Of a stretch of 64,000 bases of DNA, positions 28,459 to 38,591 are shown piece after piece; position 1 is the first letter of the stretch, and each line of letters opens with the position of its first letter. The DNA is taken from positions 12,284-76,283 of the forward strand of contig CAYPXO010000003.1 of assembly GCA_964414895.1 (NCBI GenBank), in the 5' to 3' direction. Below the pieces are notes generated by a model. The model ran no database searches. It saw only the letters and a program-made list of their open reading frames with translations, and was not told the origin of the DNA. The DNA comes from an uncultured Pseudomonadales bacterium (lineage in GTDB: Bacteria; Patescibacteriota; Microgenomatia; UBA1400; CAYNMC01). A program made the translations under genes and the position numbers.

Positions 28459-29889
28459 TTATTTTAATCGCGGAAAGAGGGGTTTTTTTGGTGCTTTTAT
28501 TTTGTCAGCAGTGAAAATTTTTTCTATTTTTTCCGCTGTTTCCGGTAAAAATGGTTTTAACAAAAGAGCGATTTCCAAGATTCCCTTAATTGGTTTCTGT
28601 AAAATTTTTTCTAAATCTTTTTTTTCTTTTTCCCAAGGTTTTGTTTTATCTATATATTTATCTAAATTCCTAACTTTTTCCCAAAGCCAATTTAAACATT
28701 CATTGAACTTGTAATTTTTAAATAAGCGATTATATTTTTTATAATTTTGAATTTTAAATTTTAATTTGTAATTTGTCATTTGAAATTTTGAATTTTCTGC
28801 AAGCTTAGCTACTCTTTGGACTAAATTGCCTAGCCCATTTGCCAAATCGGCATTATAGACTTCTTTAAAGTGCTCGATAGTAAAATCGCCATCTGTAAAA
28901 GGAGGAATTTCTTTAAGGAGATAATAGCGAACAGCATCAGTGGCATATTTATCTACCAAATCAAAAGGATTAACAACATTTCCTAAGGATTTGCTCATTT
29001 TTTGCCCTGCTGAAGTAATAAAACCGTGGATTAAGATTTGTTTTGAGTTTGGCAAGCCGGCAGAAATTAACATTGCTTGCCACATAGCTGACTGTTGCCG
29101 CAGATTATCTTTGCCGGCCAGTTGTATTCCCGGCCACCAGCTTTTATATTCTTTAATTCTTTCTGGCCAGCCAAGAGCAGAAATATAATTAACCAGAGCA
29201 TCAAACCAAACATAGATAACCTGTTTAGGATCACCCGGAACTTTGATCCCCCAGGGCATTTTGCTTTTAAGACGGGAGATACTAAAGTCTTGCAAACCTT
29301 CAGTAACAAAGTTTTTAATTTCTTTCAAGCGATTTTTTGGGACGACAAAATTAGGATTTTTCTCATAAAGTTCTAAGAGAGCTTTTTTATACTTTGAAAA
29401 TCTAAAAAAGTAATTTTCCTCTTCAATTATTTCTAGCTCTTTATTAGGGTGAATTGGACATTTGCCGTCAATTAGCTCAGAGTCAGTTTTCTCCAGTTCG
29501 CAACCAACACAGTATTTAGCTTTATATTTTGCTTTATAAATATCGCCATTTTTGTAACATCTTTTCCAAAATTCTTGAGCGGCTTTTTTATGGTGATCAT
29601 CGGTAGTTCTGATAAAGTTGTTATAGCTTAAGTTTAGACCTTTCTTCAATTTAGAAAATTTAGCTGCGTATTTATCAACATAATCCTTGAGTTGTTTTTT
29701 TTCTTCTAAAGCTTTTTGGTAGATTTTGAGTCCATGCTCATCAGTTCCGGTGTTGAAAAACACTTCCTCACCACAGAGACGATGGTATCTAGCTAATAAA
29801 TCGGCTTGGATTATTTCCAGGGCAAAACCGATGTGTGGTTCTGCGTTCACATAGGGAAGGGTAGTTGTTATATAAAATTTCTTTCTCAT
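28459..29889 (-). CDS. metG: Methionine--tRNA ligase (core form)
   Basis: HIGF HIGH-class motif and KMSKSLGN. 476 aa. Confidence 0.8.
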   Translation of the reverse strand: MRKKFYITTTLPYVNAEPHIGFALEIIQADLLARYHRLCGEEVFFNTGTDEHGLKIYQKALEEKKQLKDYVDKYAAKFSKLKKGLNLSYNNFIRTTDDHHKKAAQEFWKRCYKNGDIYKAKYKAKYCVGCELEKTDSELIDGKCPIHPNKELEIIEEENYFFRFSKYKKALLELYEKNPNFVVPKNRLKEIKNFVTEGLQDFSISRLKSKMPWGIKVPGDPKQVIYVWFDALVNYISALGWPERIKEYKSWWPGIQLAGKDNLRQQSAMWQAMLISAGLPNSKQILIHGFITSAGQKMSKSLGNVVNPFDLVDKYATDAVRYYLLKEIPPFTDGDFTIEHFKEVYNADLANGLGNLVQRVAKLAENSKFQMTNYKLKFKIQNYKKYNRLFKNYKFNECLNWLWEKVRNLDKYIDKTKPWEKEKKDLEKILQKPIKGILEIALLLKPFLPETAEKIEKIFTADKIKAPKKPLFPRLK

Positions 29890-30099
29890 ATGGCTAATTA
29901 TAGCAAAAAATAAAGCTTTTGTACTAATGTTGGAACCGGCAAGACTTAAAAGCAGAAGTGATAAGACTCACTGAATTTTCTTAAATTCCCCGTAAGCATC
30001 TTTTCTGTGTTGGACGTGATGTTTAGAATATATAAATTCATTACATTTATTATTACATAATAGTTGACATTTTATTGTTTGTATGCTAATTTATTAGCG

Positions 30100-30372
30100 A
30101 TGCCTGTTCAACCAGTAAATATTATTCCTATTACTCAAGCCAGAGGAAAACTTGGTATTCTGGCAGAAAAAACCAAAGGAGAGAATTATATAATTCTTAC
30201 TAAAAGTGGCAGTCCAAAAGCGGCCTTAGTTAATCTTGACTATCTAAATAAACTACAAGAAGATGTAGGAAAAATTTACAGAAAAACTTTTATTGATCCT
30301 TCTCTTCTTCCTCTTACGCGAGAATTTACTAAAAAAGAACTCGAAGAATGGCAAAAAGAAGATGAGCTTTAA
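30100..30372 (+). CDS. Phd/YefM-family antitoxin
   Basis: PITQARGKLGILAE...YIILTKSGSPKAALV pattern. Immediately precedes the PIN gene. Confidence 0.5.
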   Translation: MPVQPVNIIPITQARGKLGILAEKTKGENYIILTKSGSPKAALVNLDYLNKLQEDVGKIYRKTFIDPSLLPLTREFTKKELEEWQKEDEL

Positions 30373-30373
30373 G

Positions 30374-30787
30374 ATGAAAAAGCTTTTTGTTGACTCTAGT
30401 GTTTTTTTTATGGCGGTCAACTCTCCAACTGGTGGTTCAGCAAAACTTTTTACTCTCAAAAATATTAAACTTGTTACCTCTTTTTTAGTATTAACAGAAG
30501 TAGAAAGGAATGTTAGGAAAAAACTGCAAAATTATCATTTGGAAAGATTCTTTATGCTTGTTGCTAAAATAAAAATTCTCCCCCAGAGACCCAAAGAAAC
30601 TCTTATTCAAAAAGCCAGAAAAGTCATCGTAGCCAAAGATGCTGTTATTTTGGCCGAAGCAAAACAAGCAAAAACTAGCTTCCTGGTCACTCTTGATAGG
30701 AAACATTTTTTTACTGACAAAGCTAAAGATTTTCTAAAGCCACAAAAAATCGCTACCCCAAAAATGATTTTAGAAAAGATAAGATAG
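30374..30787 (+). CDS. PIN-domain toxin
   Basis: KLFVDSSVF...TLDRKHF acidic residues. ATG directly after the antitoxin stop. Confidence 0.5.
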   Translation: MKKLFVDSSVFFMAVNSPTGGSAKLFTLKNIKLVTSFLVLTEVERNVRKKLQNYHLERFFMLVAKIKILPQRPKETLIQKARKVIVAKDAVILAEAKQAKTSFLVTLDRKHFFTDKAKDFLKPQKIATPKMILEKIR

Positions 30788-30889
30788 TACTGTGCAAATT
30801 ATTCCCACGATTTAAGCGCCGATATTAAAAAAACAAGAGAAAAAAGGAGTGACCTTGCTGTTAATTTTTTAGTATAATGGACAATGGAA

Positions 30890-30962
30890 GGGCCAGTAGC
30901 TCAGGGGTTAGAGCACTACTCTTATAAAGTAGGGGTCGATGGTTCAAATCCATCCTGGCCCA
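30890..30962 (+). tRNA. tRNA-Ile with UAU anticodon
   Basis: Manual cloverleaf. Acceptor GGGCCAG/CTGGCCC. D arm GCTC-AGGGGTTA-GAGC. Anticodon stem CTACT/AGTAG with loop CTTATAA. T arm GGGTC-GATGGTTCAAATCC. The body resembles bacterial tRNA-Ile(GAU). Confidence 0.7.
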
Positions 30963-31013
30963 CTTGCCAGCTATCTTATTTTTTATTAAAAATTTGAAAA
31001 GGAGGAGATAGTT

Positions 31014-31778
31014 ATGTTTTCTTTAAAAGATAAAAAAGCTTTGGTGACCGGTTCCTCAAGAGGTATTGGCAGAGGAATAGCTCTGGCTCTGGCCAAGCAA
31101 GGAGCCAGCATAGCCGTTAATTATCGATCAAGTGATAAAGAGGCAAAAGAACTTGTTTCTAAGATAGAGAAATTAGGTAGTGAGGTGATGGCTGTTCAGG
31201 CAGATGTTTCTCAAAAAGAAGATGTTGATAAAATGGTTAAAAGAGTTATTGAAAAATTTGGAAATATTGACATTTTGGTTAATAATGCCGGTGTTGTTGG
31301 CTTTAAGCCCTTTGATAAGATGAGTGAGGAGGATTGGGATAAGGTTTTGGATGTTAATCTTAAAGGTCAGTTTCTTTGCGCTCGGGCAGTTGTTCCTTTT
31401 ATGGAAGAGCAGGACAAAGGAAAGATAATTAATATTGCCTCTATTGCCTCCGGCGGTGTGGGGGTGGGTTTTTTAAACCTGGCCCATTATTGTGCTTCCA
31501 AAGGCGGAGTGGTTGCTTTGACAGAAGAGCTGGCTTTGGAGCTTTCCCCAAAAGGAATTAATGTTAATGCTATCGCCCCAGGAGTGATTGACACGGATAT
31601 GACAGAAAGTTTTAAAAAAGATCCAGAAAGGTTGAAGGCAGTTTTAGCAAGAATTCCTAAGGGAAGGATGGGTAAACCCGAGGAGATTGGAGCGATGGCT
31701 GTCTTTTTAGCTTCTGATGAGGCGGACTATTGCACAGGAGCAGTTTTTTATGTTGACGGAGGTTGGTTAGCCGGCTAA
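31014..31778 (+). CDS. SDR-family oxidoreductase (3-oxoacyl-ACP reductase FabG-like)
   Basis: TGSSRGIGRGIA, NNAG, YCASKGG catalytic tetrad context. Confidence 0.75.
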   Translation: MFSLKDKKALVTGSSRGIGRGIALALAKQGASIAVNYRSSDKEAKELVSKIEKLGSEVMAVQADVSQKEDVDKMVKRVIEKFGNIDILVNNAGVVGFKPFDKMSEEDWDKVLDVNLKGQFLCARAVVPFMEEQDKGKIINIASIASGGVGVGFLNLAHYCASKGGVVALTEELALELSPKGINVNAIAPGVIDTDMTESFKKDPERLKAVLARIPKGRMGKPEEIGAMAVFLASDEADYCTGAVFYVDGGWLAG

Positions 31779-31792
31779 GGTCCTTAAGAAAT

Positions 31793-33466
31793 TTATTGAC
31801 TTGTTGGCTCGAAAATTCCAATATTAGCCAGAGGTTCACCATTGGTCAGATAGACGGTTTTTTTTATCTTAAAGCAGGGCAATGATTGGCTGGCAGGAGC
31901 AACATAAAGAATATTTTCTGAAAGATCAGTTTCTTTTATGTCTTTGAAATAATATTTTCCATAGTGGTTTTCGTTGCTAAAAATACTGCCCGAGATTGTC
32001 CCCCCTTGACTAAGGTATTTTGCCGGTGGATATTTTTGGTAAAAAAGGAAATAAATCCAAGGTTGATCAAGCCGAGTAGAGACAATAATTTTATCAAAGC
32101 TGGCTTCTTCTTTGTCAACTTTCTTTACTAGGTCTTTCATCCCATTCCCCCAAAGGTTAACAACTGCTGTTTTTCCATGAATAAAGTAATAATGGAGATA
32201 ATTAGACAAGGAAAAAGCCAAGATTAAAAACATAATAGTTAGAATTGCTGTTTTTAGTAATTTTTTTTGCTTGTTTGTATTTTTTAAGACCTTTGCAAGG
32301 CCCAGGCTGGTTAGAAAGATTAAAGGGTAGCTATTGATCAAAATTCGCCGATCAAATGGGGGCAGAATTGTTATTGCTCCGGGGATAAAGCCAAGGCAGA
32401 GCCAGGCGAGGATTAGATAAAATATTTTTTTCTTTGCAGCCAAAATAATAAGGCCAATAAGAATTAAGGGTACTTGCCAGAGATATAAAAGCCTTGTTTG
32501 TGAAATTTGAGTCTGTTCCTGGCCAAAAAGTATCTGAGGACTGATTACATGCAGATAGCCACCAATTAGTTGGTTTAGAGGGACTAGTCGTCTGTTGTGG
32601 ATGATTTTTGCCAGCTTATTTCCTTTTTCTAGATCTTCAAGATAGAAGACTGCTTGTTTTATTTTTTCTTCTTGGTTGGAGAAGACACTGATTCCATACT
32701 GTCGAGAAAGAATGTTTCCTGAGAAATAAAGATTTAGATAAGGTAAAGCCATCAGCAAAAAAAGGAAAATGCCTGAAAGGAGAAATTTATAGGATTTACG
32801 TAATTCCAAAGAGGATTTTTCATCTTTGACAGGCTCAAATTCAGGATGGCGGGGACTAAGAAGAATTTGATAAACGATCAAAAAGCCCCCAAAAAGGACC
32901 ACCCAGAGTTTGCTGGCATAATAGGTCCAGAAAGCCAAGCCAAAGGTAAAAGCAGACAAAATATAAAGAGGTTTTTTATCTTTGGCTTTTAGAAATAGCC
33001 AGACTCCCAAGAGAGAGAGGAAAAAAGCGGTGTTTACTTCAAGGGCAATTCGGCTGTATTGGATCAACCAGGGAGAAATGGTAGCTAAGAAGGCAGATAG
33101 AAGAGAAACTTGGTTGTTTTCAGTTAGCTTTTTGGTTAGCAGGAAAAAAAGAGGAATGATTGCTAAGCCCAAGATAGCCGAAGGTAGTCTTATAGCCAGT
33201 TCATTTAAACCAAAGACTTTGATAAAAGGAACTAGTAAATAGACAAAGACTGGGTTTTTATGGTCGTTAAAGGATTGGAAAAGTAAAGGAAAAGATTTTC
33301 CAAATTCGTCCTTGCCGGTTTTTAAGATAGAGTAAGCGTTGTAGCCAAAAGCGACTTCATCAGCACTCAAACTACTGGGGATTACACTCAACAGATAAAA
33401 TCTTAGAAAAAATCCAAGAATACAGATAAGGGTGAGCAGGAAAAAGATCTGATTTTTTTTAGACAT
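31793..33466 (-). CDS. GT-C superfamily membrane glycosyltransferase (ArnT-like), paralog 3
   Basis: ADEVAFGYNAYSILKTGKDEFG loop motif. >10 TM helices. Confidence 0.55.
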   Translation of the reverse strand: MSKKNQIFFLLTLICILGFFLRFYLLSVIPSSLSADEVAFGYNAYSILKTGKDEFGKSFPLLFQSFNDHKNPVFVYLLVPFIKVFGLNELAIRLPSAILGLAIIPLFFLLTKKLTENNQVSLLSAFLATISPWLIQYSRIALEVNTAFFLSLLGVWLFLKAKDKKPLYILSAFTFGLAFWTYYASKLWVVLFGGFLIVYQILLSPRHPEFEPVKDEKSSLELRKSYKFLLSGIFLFLLMALPYLNLYFSGNILSRQYGISVFSNQEEKIKQAVFYLEDLEKGNKLAKIIHNRRLVPLNQLIGGYLHVISPQILFGQEQTQISQTRLLYLWQVPLILIGLIILAAKKKIFYLILAWLCLGFIPGAITILPPFDRRILINSYPLIFLTSLGLAKVLKNTNKQKKLLKTAILTIMFLILAFSLSNYLHYYFIHGKTAVVNLWGNGMKDLVKKVDKEEASFDKIIVSTRLDQPWIYFLFYQKYPPAKYLSQGGTISGSIFSNENHYGKYYFKDIKETDLSENILYVAPASQSLPCFKIKKTVYLTNGEPLANIGIFEPTSQ

Positions 33467-33511
33467 GGGCGCTGCTAGTTTTTTAAGCTCTCTTTATTTT
33501 ATAATAACATT

Positions 33512-34162
33512 GTGCAGATTATCCCTACCATTTTAACTGCCGATAAAAAGAGAGCAAAAGAAAAGTTGGAAAAATTTAAAGGGATTTTTGATTGGGTGCA
33601 GTTGGATATTATTGATGGGATTTTTGCAGATAACAAGACTTTGCTTCCTAGCCAATTTGCTAACTTACCTTTTATTTCCTTTTTTAATTTCGATGTTCAC
33701 TTAATGGTTGACGATCCGATTAGTTTTTTAGCAGAATGTCAAAAGATAAGAACCAAGAGGGTAACAGGACAAATTGAAAGGATGTCTGATCAAGAGGGAT
33801 TTGTAAAAGCAGTAAGAACAATGATGAATAGAGTTAAAGTTGGTTTAGCAGTCGACTTAGATACCTCTCTTGAGAGACTGGATAGCAGTCTTTTACCAAA
33901 ATTGGATGTGGTTTTGCTAATGACGGTTAAAGCTGGTTGGGGTGGACAGAGATTTCAAGAGCAAATTTTACAAAAAGCCCAAAAATTAACTAAAATAAAG
34001 AAGGAAGAGAATTTAGATTTTAAAATAGCAGTTGATGGAGGAGTAAGGCCGAAAAATGTAAAAAAAGCCTGTAATGCTGGGGTAGAGATTTTTTATGTTG
34101 GCAGTTTTTTAGCAGAAAACCCTAAAAAAAGATTGGAAGAATTTAAAAAGGCAGCTAGCTGA
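33512..34162 (+). CDS. rpe: Ribulose-phosphate 3-epimerase-like (beta/alpha)8 barrel
   Basis: IIPTILTAD...LDIIDG and VDGGV...YVGSF motifs parallel Rpe. Confidence 0.55.
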   Translation: MQIIPTILTADKKRAKEKLEKFKGIFDWVQLDIIDGIFADNKTLLPSQFANLPFISFFNFDVHLMVDDPISFLAECQKIRTKRVTGQIERMSDQEGFVKAVRTMMNRVKVGLAVDLDTSLERLDSSLLPKLDVVLLMTVKAGWGGQRFQEQILQKAQKLTKIKKEENLDFKIAVDGGVRPKNVKKACNAGVEIFYVGSFLAENPKKRLEEFKKAAS

Positions 34163-34234
34163 ATGTCTAAATCAAAATGAAAAAATGAAAAACTAAATAT
34201 TAAAAACACATACCTAAAAACGCAAATATTAGTT

Positions 34235-34375
34235 TCGTTTACGTCAATCGGTTACGGTGACGAAGCTCGTTTCGGTAACGTCTAGCGGTGAAGGTAATTT
34301 TTAATCTTAATACGTAACCACAACCGCTAAACGATACGGGCAGCATAACCTTAACCCTAACCGTTAGACGTTTTA
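34235..34375. promoter_or_regulatory. Conserved GC-enriched leader element (repeat family 2), copy upstream of the transketolase gene
   Basis: Shares a ~50-nt block (ctcgtttcggtaacgtctagcggtg) and an 18-nt block (ccgctaaacgatacgggc) with the gap leader at 46060-46190, in the same orientation relative to the downstream gene. Confidence 0.5.
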
Positions 34376-34417
34376 TCATATTTAAGCTTGTGTTTTTGGT
34401 TTTATTAATAACTAGAA

Positions 34418-35236
34418 ATGATATCCAAAATTAACCGATTAAAGGAGATTGCCAGAGACATCCGTATCGACATAGTCAAAATGATAGCTGAGGCCGGTTC
34501 TGGACATCCGGCTGGCTCTTTAGGGGTTGTTGATATTTTAGTCGCTCTTTACTTTAATGTATTAAAGCATAATTTTAAAGATCCTTTTTGGGAAGAGCGT
34601 GATCGTTTTTTGCTTTCTGCCGGCCATCTTTGTCCGGCTCTGTATGCTGTTTTAGCCCAAGCTGGCTATTTTTCCAAAAAGGAACTTTTAACTCTAAGAA
34701 AGCTGGGAGCTCGGTTGCGGGGACATTCACACCGCAATAGTCCGCCAGGAGTGGAGATCTCTGCCGGTTCTTTGGGGCAGGGTTTATCGATTGCTTGTGG
34801 CATGGCTGCCGCTGCTAAGCTAGACAAAAAAAATTATAGAGTTGTTTGTTTGACTTCTGATGGTGAACATAATGAAGGCCAGGTTTGGGAGGCAGCGATG
34901 TTTGCTAGTAAATATAAATTGAACAATTTAGTGAATATTATTGACAGAAATTTTATCCAAATTGATGGCAAGACAGAAAAAATTATGCCTCTTTTATCAT
35001 TAAAGAAGAAATATCGATCTTTTGGCTGGCGGGTTTTTCAAATTGACGGTCATGATCTTGAAAAAGTAATAATTGCTTTCAAAAGAGCTTTTAGAGTAAA
35101 AAAAAGACCGTCGGTCATTATTGCCAAAACAACACCAGGCAAGGGAGTTTGTTTTATGGAAGGAAAATGGCAGTGGCACGGCAGAGCGCCTGATAAAGAA
35201 GAGATAAGAATGGCAATTAAAGAATTAAAATGGTAG
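34418..35236 (+). CDS. Transketolase, N-terminal (thiamine-diphosphate binding) subunit
   Basis: GHPAGSLGVVD, SAGHLCPALYA, GSLGQGLS motifs. 272 aa split-tkt form. Confidence 0.8.
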   Translation: MISKINRLKEIARDIRIDIVKMIAEAGSGHPAGSLGVVDILVALYFNVLKHNFKDPFWEERDRFLLSAGHLCPALYAVLAQAGYFSKKELLTLRKLGARLRGHSHRNSPPGVEISAGSLGQGLSIACGMAAAAKLDKKNYRVVCLTSDGEHNEGQVWEAAMFASKYKLNNLVNIIDRNFIQIDGKTEKIMPLLSLKKKYRSFGWRVFQIDGHDLEKVIIAFKRAFRVKKRPSVIIAKTTPGKGVCFMEGKWQWHGRAPDKEEIRMAIKELKW

Positions 35237-35279
35237 ATTTTCGCAATTTTCGCGTCTAGAAGGGAGGTGAGAAATATAA

Positions 35280-35504
35280 ATGGCTAAAGTAAGCAAGACT
35301 AACTGTCCTTTTTGTGGCCACCCTATTCTTAAAAAGCTAGTGGAGTTTTACTGTCTTGTTTGGGGAATAATTGGAGTGATTTTTTTAATTGGCATGCTTT
35401 GGGGAGCGATTCGATTTAGAACTTGGGAAAAAAAAGGTTTTTTCAAAGGAATGGAACAGTCGCCACAGCAGCCTAGAGTGGAAGAAAGAATTCAGAGGCG
35501 ATGA
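35280..35504 (+). CDS. Small zinc-ribbon membrane protein
   Basis: CPFCGH plus one TM helix. Confidence 0.3.
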   Translation: MAKVSKTNCPFCGHPILKKLVEFYCLVWGIIGVIFLIGMLWGAIRFRTWEKKGFFKGMEQSPQQPRVEERIQRR

Positions 35505-35530
35505 TAGTAAAAAAGAGGAAGAGATTATAG

Positions 35531-35602
35531 AGGTCAGGGCGGGAATCGCACCCACGTAACTGGTTTTGCAGACCAGTGCATAAACTTCTCTGCCACCTGA
35601 CC
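35531..35602 (-). tRNA. tRNA-Cys (GCA)
   Basis: Reverse complement folds as acceptor GGTCAGG/CCTGACC, anticodon stem CTGGT/ACCAG with loop CTGCAAA, and discriminator U73. Confidence 0.7.
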
Positions 35603-35653
35603 TTGGGATATTTTAGCAAAAATTAACTGGGATTTCTATAAAGGGGGTGTTTT

Positions 35654-36295
35654 TTACTTTTTTCCATTTTTAATTCTCCTTCTTTCTGTTTCGATAATCA
35701 TTTTTACTAACTTGACCGTTTTTTCAATTTTGTTTTCTTCATTGACAACTAAATAATCAAAACCTTCAAACTGCTCTACTTCCCATGCGGCTACTTGCAA
35801 TCGCTGGTCAATTGATTTTTGCAATTCCTTTCTCCTTTTCATTCTTTTCCCTAGAATTTTAAATGAAGGAGCGCTTAAATAAACCAAAACAGCTTCAGGA
35901 ATTTCTCTTTTGACCGATTTTGCTCCGCGAACATCGACTCGGAGCAAGACATCGACACCTTTTTTAATATTTTTCAAGACCTCATTCTTGGGAGTTCCAT
36001 AGAAATTATTTAAATATTTCTCCCATTCTAAAAAAAAGTTCTGATTTATTTTCTTCTTGAACTCTTCTTTAGAGATAAAATGATAGTCTTTACCTTCTTT
36101 TTCATTGGCTCTTTTTTCTCTTGTTGTACAGGTAACAATCTTGCCAAAGCCGAACTTCTGTCTTAACCCATCAACAGTTGTATCTTTGCCAGCACCGGCT
36201 GGACCAGAGATCACTGTTAGAACACCTCTCTTTTTTTGATTTTCTATTTCTAAATCTAGTTTTGTCCGTGGGCGGATTAGGTTTAAAATAGACAT
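35654..36295 (-). CDS. gmk: Guanylate kinase
   Basis: P-loop SGPAGAGKDT. 213 aa. Confidence 0.8.
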   Translation of the reverse strand: MSILNLIRPRTKLDLEIENQKKRGVLTVISGPAGAGKDTTVDGLRQKFGFGKIVTCTTREKRANEKEGKDYHFISKEEFKKKINQNFFLEWEKYLNNFYGTPKNEVLKNIKKGVDVLLRVDVRGAKSVKREIPEAVLVYLSAPSFKILGKRMKRRKELQKSIDQRLQVAAWEVEQFEGFDYLVVNEENKIEKTVKLVKMIIETERRRIKNGKK

Positions 36296-36335
36296 AGGCT
36301 TTGATAAACTAGCAAATTCTATTATACTTTAAATT

Positions 36336-38546
36336 ATGATTAATGGAAAGGTTGTTTGGCAAATCTTTAGTAAGAGGAGAGGTTTTAAAAAAGGCAAAAC
36401 AAAAAAGTTTCATCTCGGGAAAGTTTTTTTGGGATTAATGACGGTTTTATGCCTCTTTTTTGTTCTCTTTCTTTTCAAAGACCTTCCCTCACCAAAAAAA
36501 CTTTCTTCCAGCAACTTCCCTGTCTCTACCAAGATTTATGATCGGAATAGCCAGCTTTTATACGAGATTTATGCTGAGCAAAACAGAACTCCAATAGGAT
36601 TAGAAGAAATTCCTGAGGTAGTCAAGCAAGCGACGATTGCTATTGAAGATAAAGATTTTTATAAACATGGTCCTTTGGATTTTAGAGGAATGACAAGGGC
36701 TTTAATTAATATCCTTTTTAAACGCAACCTTCAAGGCGGTTCTACTATTACCCAACAATTGGTCAAAGTTGTTCTTCTATCACCAGAAAGGACTCTCAGG
36801 AGAAAACTGCGTGAGGCTTTTTTGGCTACTCTTACTGAAATTATTTATTCTAAAGAGCAAATCCTAGAGATGTATATTAATAGTGTTCCTTATGGGGGAA
36901 CTGCTTATGGGGTAGAGCAAGCGGCAAAAAAATATTTTGACAAGTCGGCCAAAGACTTGAATTTAGCTGAAGCTGCTCTTTTGGCCGGACTGCCGGCCAG
37001 CCCAACCCGATTCTCTCCTTTTGGAGCTAATCCCCAGCTGGCGAAACAAAGACAGACTCAAGTTCTTAAAAGAATGGTTGAAGATGGTTATATTACCAAA
37101 GAGCAGGCGGAAAGAGCGGCCGGTCAGGAATTGAACTACGCTGTTGAAAAAATAGATATTTACGCTCCCCACTTTGTTATGTATGTTAAGGAAATTTTGG
37201 TTGAACGTTATGGCCAACAGTTGGTTGAACAAGGGGGCTTACGGGTTAAAACAACTTTAGATTTAAATATCCAAGAATTTGCTCAAAATGTAGTTGCTAC
37301 CCAAACAGCCAAATTAAAAGATTATCAAGTTTCCAATGGAGCTGCCTTGGTTGGCAAACCGAAAACCGGAGAAATTTTGGCGATGGTCGGCTCAAGAAAC
37401 TATTTTGATGAGGAGATTGACGGCAATGTCAACTTAACCACCAGTTTACGCCAGCCAGGCTCTTCAATAAAACCAGTTAATTATGCCGCCGGCTTGGCAA
37501 ACGGCTATACAGCAGCAGATATGTTTTTGGATGTTCCTACCTGCTTTGCTGTTGGTGGACAACCCTTATATTGCCCCAAAAACTATGACAATCAATTCCA
37601 TGGACCGAGTCAAATGCGTTTTGCTTTAGGAAACTCTTATAATGTTCCCGCTGTCAAAATGCTTGCTTTAAATGGGGTGGAGACAATGATTGCTACTGCC
37701 TCGGCGATGGGTATTACCGGCTGGAAAGATCCTTCCAATTACGGCTTATCTTTAACCTTGGGGGGTGGTGAAGTAACTATGACGCAAATGGTGACTGCTT
37801 TTGGTTGTTTTGCCAATAAAGGAAAAAGGATTGATCTCTATCCTATTTTGGAAGTCAAAGATTATAAAGGAAATGTCTTGGAAAGCTATGATCCGGAAAA
37901 CAATCCGCCTACCGGGGAGAAAGTTCTCCCTCCGGGGGTAGCTTACATAATTTCTCATATTTTGCTAGATAATAATGCCCGAACCGCCGCTTTTGGTGAC
38001 AACTCTCAGCTAGTAATTGCCAACCACGCTGTTTCTGTTAAAACAGGCACGACTGATGACTTGAAGGATAACTGGACTATTGGTTTTACTCCTTCTTTTT
38101 TGGTCGCCAGCTGGGTAGGCAATAATGACAGTTCTCCAATGAATCCTTATTTAGTTTCTGGGGTAACTGGTGCGGCTCCTATTTGGAATAAAATAATGAG
38201 TTTTGTTTTGAAAGATCAGCCAGATGAGTGGCCGGTTAAACCTGCCACTGTTGAAGGAAGACAGATCTGCAATTTTATAACTTCGGCTGATCTTGAAGAA
38301 CAAAAGGAAGAATGCCAACCACGTTTTGAATATTTCCTTGAGGGAACCAAGCCTCGACATATCATTGAAAAAAAGAAAATCTGGATTGACAAGACTACCG
38401 GCCGTCCTCCAGAGCCAGGAAAAACTGATAATTTGGAAGAACAAGAACACATTGTTGCTTCTGATGGCCTGCTTAAAGATTATTGTCTCTCTTGTCCTCA
38501 CGAAGGAGAAGAAGCAACGGTAGTAGATATACAAAGCCTAAAATAA
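36336..38546 (+). CDS. Class A penicillin-binding protein (PBP1A family: transglycosylase + transpeptidase)
   Basis: GT51 motifs EDKDFYKHGP, GGSTITQQL. Transpeptidase SxxK (GSSIKP) and KTGT. Confidence 0.85.
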   Translation: MINGKVVWQIFSKRRGFKKGKTKKFHLGKVFLGLMTVLCLFFVLFLFKDLPSPKKLSSSNFPVSTKIYDRNSQLLYEIYAEQNRTPIGLEEIPEVVKQATIAIEDKDFYKHGPLDFRGMTRALINILFKRNLQGGSTITQQLVKVVLLSPERTLRRKLREAFLATLTEIIYSKEQILEMYINSVPYGGTAYGVEQAAKKYFDKSAKDLNLAEAALLAGLPASPTRFSPFGANPQLAKQRQTQVLKRMVEDGYITKEQAERAAGQELNYAVEKIDIYAPHFVMYVKEILVERYGQQLVEQGGLRVKTTLDLNIQEFAQNVVATQTAKLKDYQVSNGAALVGKPKTGEILAMVGSRNYFDEEIDGNVNLTTSLRQPGSSIKPVNYAAGLANGYTAADMFLDVPTCFAVGGQPLYCPKNYDNQFHGPSQMRFALGNSYNVPAVKMLALNGVETMIATASAMGITGWKDPSNYGLSLTLGGGEVTMTQMVTAFGCFANKGKRIDLYPILEVKDYKGNVLESYDPENNPPTGEKVLPPGVAYIISHILLDNNARTAAFGDNSQLVIANHAVSVKTGTTDDLKDNWTIGFTPSFLVASWVGNNDSSPMNPYLVSGVTGAAPIWNKIMSFVLKDQPDEWPVKPATVEGRQICNFITSADLEEQKEECQPRFEYFLEGTKPRHIIEKKKIWIDKTTGRPPEPGKTDNLEEQEHIVASDGLLKDYCLSCPHEGEEATVVDIQSLK

Positions 38547-38591
38547 AATGAGTATTTAATAAGTATAAAGGAGAGTGTATAATATGTTTCT

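Noticed and set aside
35280-35504. Possibility that this small ORF is the missing transketolase C-terminal subunit
   Set aside because: 74 aa with a zinc ribbon and a TM helix. It has no similarity to the TK pyrimidine-binding domain, so the C-terminal subunit must be encoded elsewhere.
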